64,000 nt of DNA from a virus. The notes under the pieces are model-generated. The model saw only the letters and a list, made by a program, of their open reading frames with translations, did not search any database and had not been told where the DNA came from. The stretch lies in IMG/VR virus record IMGVR_UViG_3300009009_000011, positions 37,842-101,841 of that record; one strand, 5' to 3'. Shown here piece by piece: positions 60,201-64,000 of the stretch (positions are counted from its first letter, which is position 1; each line of letters begins with the position of its first letter). The position numbers were made by a program, and so were the translations under genes.

Positions 60201-61594
60201 TAGTTAAAGACAAATCTAATCAACCGTCCTCATCTATTTGGAATAATGATGCAGCAATGACAGCCAGGGAAGAAGAGTCTGAGCTTAACGCACAAGCCGA
60301 AGTAGATGCTGAAAAGGCTGTTAAACAGCGTAGCTTAGCAACTGGTTATGATGATGAAGTTGAAGCATTAGATAGTAATATTAAACAGTCTGTGGACAAT
60401 AAAACAACAAGGGACCATCCCATATATATAGATGTTGATGGTTCAGCCAAAGGGGAAAATGGTATGGGCATTGGTGGTTACTCAAAGTTTGGTGACAAAG
60501 AGTACTACTTATATCGTAATGATGAGAAGATACGTTCTTCTATAGCCAAATTAGCAGAGAATGCTGGTGTTGAAGTGCCAGATAATATAAGTAACCCAAC
60601 TGCCGAGTTATACTCTGTTGTTACGGTTTTATATGCATTTAGGAACACTTCTGAGCACTTACACATACGTAATGACAATGAGATGTCTATGTTATTATTA
60701 AAAAATAACTTAGTTAATCTAAAGAATAAGCCGCAATACAATGCTAAAGAGCCTATTATAAAGATTTTAACAGACATGGCTAAAGAGTATATAACTAGTA
60801 TTGAAAATAACGGCGGCACTGTTAAATTTGAATGGGTTGAGAGTAAATCTACTCCTCAAAATAAGATAGCAGACGTTATAGCAAAGGGTAAACACAAGTT
60901 AATAAGTAAGGTTCAGAATGATTTCTCTACTGAACAGTGGGGTAAACCAACTAAGTTTGACATGAACAAATTGTCTCCGCCATCTCCCTTTAATGTCATA
61001 GAAAAGATTATATCTGGTGGTCAGACTGGTGCAGATGAAGCAGGTCTTGAAATAGCAGATGAAATGGGTCTTAAGTTTGGTGGTACTGCCGCTTATGGTT
61101 ACAATCAACAGCCAGAAAAGGGTAAAAATATACCAAATTATAAACTTCGTGATTACTATAGGCTAAAACAAGGTAAGAAAACCATTAGGATTGTCAAAGA
61201 TACTAATAAATATTGGGATGATTTTTACTCGGACAGGACGGCAGAGAATGTAAAAAATTCTAGTGGTACGGTTTGGTTTGGCCACATAACAGAAGATGAA
61301 AAGCGTGGGTATGGTCTTACAGAGAGGGCGACTAAAGCCAACGACAAACCTTTCTTAGTAAATCCAACAGAAAAAGAATTAGCAGACTGGATTGTAAAGA
61401 ATGATATACGTATATTAAATGTGGCTGGTAATAGGGAATATTTAAATGTTGGTGTCAAGAATAGGACTAAAAAGACTATACGTGAGGCATTAGAGCTACT
61501 TAGGAAACCTGCTGGTGGTGTAGAAGTTGTAAATGACTTGAATGCATCTGACGTTAAAGACGGTTCTGAAACAACTAAAAAGTGTAGGGGGTAA
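48209..61594 (+). CDS. giant virion RNA polymerase polyprotein (zincin + two-barrel RNAP + RNase H-like + SLOG/MoCo-carrier-like)
   Basis: HEGFH at aa 1622; DATDG, YRVPTQG, GSDFDIDKL (aa 3058), NVDGVNK; DVDGS...AEL...NDN...IAD; KIISGGQTGAD...LNVAGNR. Confidence 0.92.
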   Translation: MNNNILKSPQGEILNDTPLGTEPINSMTGLEEGPKFKIDVDKFKNAGALSRQELIGRIHTDDVEIPKAVYRILDDMYHPEFDPEYNAILLSREQTNAGKFVAALNQAVVGEMFAGTLEGLSYLVDLPMMVDLAEGTEQEFGNALTDFAKGIKGWTREATPVFTDPTAPKFNPTSWEWWMSNAPSIASSISLALPAVGGMKALSAVGKLVGMTGKAGKYSKLFSTATGQAIMSRHMESLMEASGDHQQNIEIAKQKLYQKYANQIDSEIKLLPVFTPVDPELGPKPGQYTQEQYQKDLNRIKNKWESVVSEEASKIAAVSASNTYAKNWVMLLQDIPEYMLLGRLIKPGVKGIAKEAVENSAEVAKRVGMDMPKFYASKVAKQIGNMAGEGLVEENYQFLVNKQSANMIANLDNPEKKNSLVSVLGDEYDNGELWTNIFFGALGAGAMQATMAGLNAKAFSEAAKTKIKNINTWSTLMYKLKSDYVAAEELGDEALKEAAIQNFVAATGLKSIELGNKEHLLNMIDALASGDENVLLNYEMESGTRSFMKGHNEIATDLKKSIESIDKKYKDAMLEVVGKGVEENKARPIARSIAHANHMLEFLNGKQKQAQENLKGLQVLGYNTPTPENEQLSIEGQQIFAARHEKDVLNKRISQLDKRAANNRATEAEKNSLGKIKQGLQKRVKEISDEAKELGKSPNVSEDQRVVDKKLLGTEKKSGVISQSDVSNYLNAQEALESYNVGIEEFKDQLEQARLTADELGKKKPDSKPTTPSKPTTEDDGKVFKGSVVSYKDPETGEDRLGVVDEVEYATKDSKGQDIVPKLESADNFYTVTSLDERDKGKQVHLSGLSIKPVSPETVKEIDNGLAEDDTDDWDAYVKSTVFGAISIKDAHRRKTNTHKSPSQESEKGLMEFVSWAHYEDVTDEEAKELVNNGQTPKLIIRNEGFNKFISNPENQKYLDNATAEFSIDVENKDFKAKLKEWKSEKGLHKNLPKGYVELIEEFLKGKKQLSAENLKVLSSIPSFYGELPISVRLTINGKPFTEGLYLHTLSKTLGSLTNKDVYKAYKDMRLAIVKHLIKGDKIYTKGLSTNRGNPLNIDKSNSVDSRKRNVAETLKTPVNELELYVLKSSTKLSKQIRSAKTPDEKVTDEYENPRLVKSAEETVVMDFNSSSTGSVFAKTSLTVNGKPFAVKLNKSFVSRDHAFLLFHAFSNLAKSEVRGLGKIVPRTDEKSGKDDIGYYNTPLGSTKEDKEGENVIDNISAGELLDLLVVHGEELTNPDSERYSGVNEYKRMSERHRFALKNKRLFLKRGYDDKGNINAVYLCYGVSVEPHPINTSTPGTTKLVDYNVIDLTSPVGNSKDGIAYQSSVESFVDWVSGKYDLKTKKLISAPNKTYAVHLEHKRIGQKLNGSFLQGRSFRLGKKGLKVQVKDVMYKGFDYTSTSEILRKPGESYVEFLVNNGFVTTDLEAKDGLLFDTPFVKLGLDRTASNFGIIVGEPDKAETKVASTEVTEETDKNVTVTEEVKVDKPKATKKVKGKKSVSDVMNKGQVHLRERKISVRKPYDKQDLEKELSWVRKKLNIKDVEVEKRLSNMMLHGKRAWAIYSSEAIKLYELAESGTIYHEGFHRVSLGYFTKQEREAIYRSARQLYRMSKEEFTDNQVEEKLAEEFRDFVLMKGKESQPSIIKRIFQEIVDFIKAVFYRVAGKGLTHSDIERLFNQIYSGRYRFSNIRSENLGVEPRLRELMGLQFDTISSYKDITDITKYLSCRLFAANKISDLSKVRKIKWQPLINDLNNTISELQSIIEDEETSEAERNVALKSQSLLKDVLGEKGENGEYSKFNSFKYYISKFLRSNGIIHRERDTDNDEFFDSDDFFASLDSEEKSVRLGSFGDVDYFKPLKENALANVKFVINTLHESDDINESTGLVGFVNGNKVWAKLLNDIIKYDDVYEMIDEIKAVGEREEYYPYIELASYLEKSSESFRTQFQTTFEAHRHEFINASFHRIKSGEGSNAGINITFDDAAHSELKRGTALRWAEYILYDNKIIEGVKEEDTSVRDKKVNKDFFTELASDYRDVVEGYYREVSNNGRNELSDTELEELYTRVARALSKMHIDVSTSVLRRYTHNINPDNQLQDNLEVAISNILDMLSPETITEDDKPTTPMGNIHFLSLATAYAEVNTHEEAGMVLGPQGGSFYRYAKLNHATDIVRKIKRGPKWAQDKLSRRYNGHSRIMNSFVPGETVNEEQAKLNRSKFKLVTLAAFKSGARADRGREYLKINTIEDYLLKANSVLKGGLLPFPIIANRQTYYFMQGVKLVGIKDAEGDILHVIKSSDKDGNVQFTDEVLDLFYGYYLDEKDRIDKAVIERNEYEAENKRLQDLKKQPGVDIKSIDKQIRALKHKLIANYHYRGNYNLKQGNAYYFIHFKGFEGLQTPEEVRTKINNLLNDRLKDDIRFLYDQQIIGSNTEKERKESGELLLYNKLFDQSMVDNHRMLEEQPHNFAMLSVISKVMVNTMMGIVESEKMFLGDPALFKRNKRGQDRAMEGKLTDSEFDVYEDVYKRWFGVGSTGTRLRAKYNGRGNTYNVSVFNTQSFESKYYPEFVEKHTGLYEKLLKNRLSKEELADGSKLKDIQELAKTLAESRLSKFRKVDATDGMALISPYMYKQILDRMGIWGKDARLERAYNLLQSDKELTPEEIIEASNIVFNPLKTMYMGNHNFNGVDLLIYNKMAMFTLFRQHVKGTHLEKVLDRMESKKEFKNLEKVDVYNFNSAVKVGALAGVDLFENENTRNKTTDFSESLVFQQSFDNLKHQQVTDPHDSARQNFGTAGIKIGMADIDMNSPYGSFKTGRELLEAMSESRVAASDFGVHKVNAKFGIVNGKVSQKVFTNTLRQDAESANKSQDVVESFKVGADGKKYLELDSYPNRRWIYSRIKSLVDDETVTLSTPGNQLYQMSDYGMGTHNYKSDLQMTRSKAGSSTVYAMECRVSARLFKAFFPAGHVITQEDLQKLLDDETLIFGYRVPTQGQNSIVKLKIVEFLPEQTGDIIQLPLEFTALTGSDFDIDKLFVAMFNYEHEYDGDAFKGLKKVAFKTDENSTAEERYKDKVIELFSVYRHNPDMFAGGLLSKYFKDYDNKFRLSDIESKIDSVNEEYGEELDLLMTRRESMLDKLSKSKNKEYNKALEDDIATANRRIEEIQEIVYNMPLQRKVDKQLEDVDYEMLKGILIKSGVLQKLEDFKKLPISFQNTNAACCNRLLDCLFTVLSDEKHFLNMTTPLGSCTDLLENKSAYYEEVYSRQSIRNVPALFTTTPSFQAHTKEKFAASVFGIAPYALNNNNHSLTQMADVSLKYDIDLGFNKKGEVSLARVMGEDNRAVTSWISALIDINVDGVNKPTAAPLNINESTHDVVNFLVRAGIGEPVFDFIAQPAIRSYSSNFFKSATGSKRFSTITSIDSKDPLGDTREEYATNAVDGGFFKKEELEYDIFLENSLIPLSELLNERSIPIMREDAKAFNKRSLRTKGWYQRQLSILWHLGALKEASAKLNAFVLACRVDTKKYGSKPTEILHFIKSIQNIIDSEDFTNVEKILTANPNYEYKAGDTFLPTLIRNSMFKIYEILKYESLYSSYGFRKLLEELVTVTPQGEYNRMGLLNMLSEELVTFFMGKFFADPVNGFGMDHSKLTKLLFEKRGNKFFEMLIQLKNGTHPLSKELEGNAFMDSIVVDFSDNILKFKDNRGSVYTYIKTLYRSLRDDLEKDELVDSFKQIVYSDKKELRDLGIYLYMYSFYTSAFRDKRFSYASWMPLSLNKELEYDGRVISLNNFVSGLLKELNAPDGYIKYIQDAKRDVFLNTADTFATVPSVVDTIVAERFVTKDDEPLMIRLRYEDMPKSFWLGRNADKNHVFIPYVIDSSNDLYEYVGYDRHSLDPYYVNVPFKGFGNKGIMAHEYGIKTKKGDIRSVFATNHAQKLLLTVDQMINKVLTDPKLMSESQRNLFNGVSFENQIVKDKSNQPSSSIWNNDAAMTAREEESELNAQAEVDAEKAVKQRSLATGYDDEVEALDSNIKQSVDNKTTRDHPIYIDVDGSAKGENGMGIGGYSKFGDKEYYLYRNDEKIRSSIAKLAENAGVEVPDNISNPTAELYSVVTVLYAFRNTSEHLHIRNDNEMSMLLLKNNLVNLKNKPQYNAKEPIIKILTDMAKEYITSIENNGGTVKFEWVESKSTPQNKIADVIAKGKHKLISKVQNDFSTEQWGKPTKFDMNKLSPPSPFNVIEKIISGGQTGADEAGLEIADEMGLKFGGTAAYGYNQQPEKGKNIPNYKLRDYYRLKQGKKTIRIVKDTNKYWDDFYSDRTAENVKNSSGTVWFGHITEDEKRGYGLTERATKANDKPFLVNPTEKELADWIVKNDIRILNVAGNREYLNVGVKNRTKKTIREALELLRKPAGGVEVVNDLNASDVKDGSETTKKCRG

Positions 61595-61595
61595 T

Positions 61596-64000
61596 ATGGA
61601 TTATTGTATTAATGAATCTAGCAACGATTATAAAGAACTATTTGAAGTATTCGGTTCTACTGAAATAATTCATGCGTTATGGGATCGTAACAAGGGTAAT
61701 AATCTTGATAAAGACCCTGATGGCAATGATAGTATTTTGTTTAATCAATTACTCCAACTTACTAATAATAATAGGTATGATGCATTGCGTATGAAATCAC
61801 GGTTTTATCTTGACTCATATACAGATATGCATGGTAAATGGTATGATAATTTTATAGAAGAACCTGAGTTAGACTTCCCACAATCTACCAAAAAGTTAAT
61901 AAGTTTTGTATCTAAGATGTCTAATAAATTTGGGTATGCATGGGACTTTGCTGAAGAAGGAGAATTGCCAAGTGGTGTTGCGGCCGGTATTAGAACAACC
62001 GGTAAGCATCCTGTAGCAATATTTAGAAAGGACAAACTAGCTACATCAGATGTAATACATGAATTTGGTCATTTAATTCTTAATCATATTAAGCGAGACA
62101 ATTCTGAGTTGCATGATAATTTGTGGAAAGAATTTGAAAATATGAGTGATGGGTTTAAGAAGGAGATGTGGGATTATATAAATTCTCAATATCCTGGTTA
62201 CACTCAAATAGCTAAGAAAGATGAATTACTAACACACTTGTTAGAAACCTACGGTAATGAATTAGTAGATAAAGAAACTGGTTTATTTAAGGCTTTAACA
62301 AAAGTATGGGAATATGTCATAAAAGTTGTTGCTGATGTGTTTGGTGTTGTAGATGTATCAAAACTTAAACCAAATACAACTTTAGTAGAGCTTGCTTATA
62401 TTATAGCAGACCCTAACATTAAATTAAGCCTTGGTGAAATATTTGGATCAGGGGAATTAAAAGAGAGTTATTCTGGTGAATATGATCTTAGCGGAAATGC
62501 ACCATTTAAAGTAGAGGGTGAGTCAACTCCTTTTACCATAGATGAAATTAAAACAAAATTATTAGATGCTAGTAAAAATATTGTCAAGGAAGATGTAGAA
62601 GTAAATGGTAAGATTAAAGAAAAGAGATTCCTTAAAATAGACGACAACACCAAACAACCTCTTATAGGTATTAAGAGATACATGGCAGAAAAATGGGGGT
62701 ACGGATCTGTCGAGGCGTCAGATGAAGATGCACTTCCTTTACGTATTGGTAAAACTATACACGGTCATGTAGATAATATATCTAAGGATATCATTGATGA
62801 TTTGTCAGATAAGTACAAGGTTAATTTAACACCCCAAGCTAAGAAGGATATTGAAAAGATATTTAAAAAACTTAAGGGTAAAGCTACTGCTTTGACAGAA
62901 GTAGAAATATGTGATCCAGAAAAAGGGTTTGTGGGTATAATTGACTTAATATTAATAACAGACACAGGTCGTGTACAGCTGTATGATTTTAAAACTAAGA
63001 TACGTCCACTAGTAGAACAATCAAATGGCGAATTTGAATTAAGTTACAGTAGGTTTGACTATTATAATCGTAAGAATTCTTGGAGTAGCCACACTCAGCA
63101 AGAAGTAGATCACTTACAGATATCTATGTATGCTTATATGATACAGAAAGTTTTACAACTTCCTGTTTCTTCTATATCTATTGTTAAATTAGATGCTGTT
63201 GCCAAAGGTAAAGAGATTAAAAGTAATAAGTATGCATCTGGTAAAGAATTTGTAGCTAATGTTGATAGTAAAGGTTATACAAAAGTAGAGTCAGTTGAAG
63301 TACATACAGAGTCTGAGGAAATATTAGAATTACCATTCTTTGATGAATCAAATAAGATGTTATTACATCATAGGACTAGACGTATATATGAAGGGGACGA
63401 AGCTTATTTACATAGTAGCACATTAGAAAATAGAGAAAAGTTTAGAAAAGAGGGTGGCGAAAAAGACTTTGTAAACGTTACTGAATCTGCATCAGAAGCA
63501 GGTGAGCTTTTAGAAAAGCTTAAGTCAGAATTAGACGCAAGGTTAAAAATTGCACGTAAACGATTTGATATAGGGCAACGTGGTTCTCTGGAAGATTTAA
63601 TGGATATATTTGAATCAGAACAATCGACTACTACTTCCTTATATCACATTATATTAAATGCTGCAGAAGCTATATCACAACTGGACAAAGAATATACTGA
63701 TTATTTATCTAATTCTACTCCATTTACACCAGGTTTATTATATAGGTGGAAGGATATAGTACAATCTTACAAGAGTTTACAGGAACTGAAAGACTTGTTC
63801 ATTATACATCCAGAAATTATACCAGATAAAAACTATGTAAAGAAACTTAATATCATACTTGAGAAAGTAAATTTCTATGAGAATCAGTATAAGAAAGAAG
63901 GTAGGTATCTTATAGCAAAGTGGTTAGCTCCATTCTATAATGGTATAAAAGTAAAGCATGAAGATTTATATAAGGCTGAATGGCGCCGCAAACGTCATCA
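61596..64000 (+). CDS. large cargo polyprotein (zincin + PD-(D/E)XK nuclease), truncated by the window end
   Basis: Read by hand, not in the track. MDYCINESS... is open to 64000; HEFGH at aa 155; GKTIH...E...GIIDLI...LYDFKT...LQISMYAY. Confidence 0.88.
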   Translation, partial: MDYCINESSNDYKELFEVFGSTEIIHALWDRNKGNNLDKDPDGNDSILFNQLLQLTNNNRYDALRMKSRFYLDSYTDMHGKWYDNFIEEPELDFPQSTKKLISFVSKMSNKFGYAWDFAEEGELPSGVAAGIRTTGKHPVAIFRKDKLATSDVIHEFGHLILNHIKRDNSELHDNLWKEFENMSDGFKKEMWDYINSQYPGYTQIAKKDELLTHLLETYGNELVDKETGLFKALTKVWEYVIKVVADVFGVVDVSKLKPNTTLVELAYIIADPNIKLSLGEIFGSGELKESYSGEYDLSGNAPFKVEGESTPFTIDEIKTKLLDASKNIVKEDVEVNGKIKEKRFLKIDDNTKQPLIGIKRYMAEKWGYGSVEASDEDALPLRIGKTIHGHVDNISKDIIDDLSDKYKVNLTPQAKKDIEKIFKKLKGKATALTEVEICDPEKGFVGIIDLILITDTGRVQLYDFKTKIRPLVEQSNGEFELSYSRFDYYNRKNSWSSHTQQEVDHLQISMYAYMIQKVLQLPVSSISIVKLDAVAKGKEIKSNKYASGKEFVANVDSKGYTKVESVEVHTESEEILELPFFDESNKMLLHHRTRRIYEGDEAYLHSSTLENREKFRKEGGEKDFVNVTESASEAGELLEKLKSELDARLKIARKRFDIGQRGSLEDLMDIFESEQSTTTSLYHIILNAAEAISQLDKEYTDYLSNSTPFTPGLLYRWKDIVQSYKSLQELKDLFIIHPEIIPDKNYVKKLNIILEKVNFYENQYKKEGRYLIAKWLAPFYNGIKVKHEDLYKAEWRRKRH

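Larger units (their letters stand above)
1..64000. mobile_element. crAss-like (Crassvirales) bacteriophage genome segment
   Basis: Order TerL-portal-scaffold-MCP, then ring/IHF-like/muzzle, cargo proteins and a giant RNAP with DFDIDK. No host housekeeping genes and no integrase seen. Confidence 0.95.

Noticed and set aside
3434-62965. Numerous minus-strand ORFs in the track (e.g. 14665..15180, 19327..19830, 35401..35967)
   Set aside because: They lie antisense to well-supported genes, have shadow-type composition and show no motifs.
1-64000. Stop-codon reassignment (TAG=Gln or TGA=Trp), known in some crAss-like phages
   Set aside because: Conserved genes, including the 4461-aa RNAP, are intact under code 11, and TAG/TGA act as real stops at tightly packed junctions.
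1-64000. CRISPR array, tRNA or rRNA genes
   Set aside because: No regularly spaced direct repeats or cloverleaf with a T-loop consensus were found by eye. Intergenic gaps are too short except those described.

Overview
The whole window is part of an AT-rich crAss-like (Crassvirales) dsDNA phage genome. The host is probably in Bacteroidota, since leaders are mostly A/T-rich and lack Shine-Dalgarno sequences. The standard genetic code reads well. A strand switch at about 460-760 separates two small leftward genes from a single rightward block of more than 63 kb. In order, that block holds: small accessory and nucleotide-metabolism genes (GroES-like, DUF5664 dATP/dGTP diphosphohydrolase, HAD, class II RNR); HU/IHF-like, terminase, portal, scaffold and major capsid genes; ring and auxiliary capsid proteins; a glycosyltransferase plus methyltransferase pair; a long mosaic fibre/adhesin region with a GIY-YIG homing endonuclease; a lysis cassette; ring and muzzle proteins; cargo proteins; a 4461-aa virion RNA polymerase polyprotein; and a second, truncated cargo polyprotein. 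The main unexplained signals are five. (1) A repeated bipartite promoter TGYAAC-N16-CGTATAA of ECF-sigma type. (2) A structured non-coding RNA of about 240 nt behind one promoter copy. (3) A GT+MTase pair inside the virion operon, a candidate virion glycosylation system. (4) RNase H and SLOG-like domains appended to the injected RNA polymerase. (5) A homing endonuclease that shares its first five codons with the downstream adhesin gene. All assignments come from motif recognition and gene order; no searches were run.
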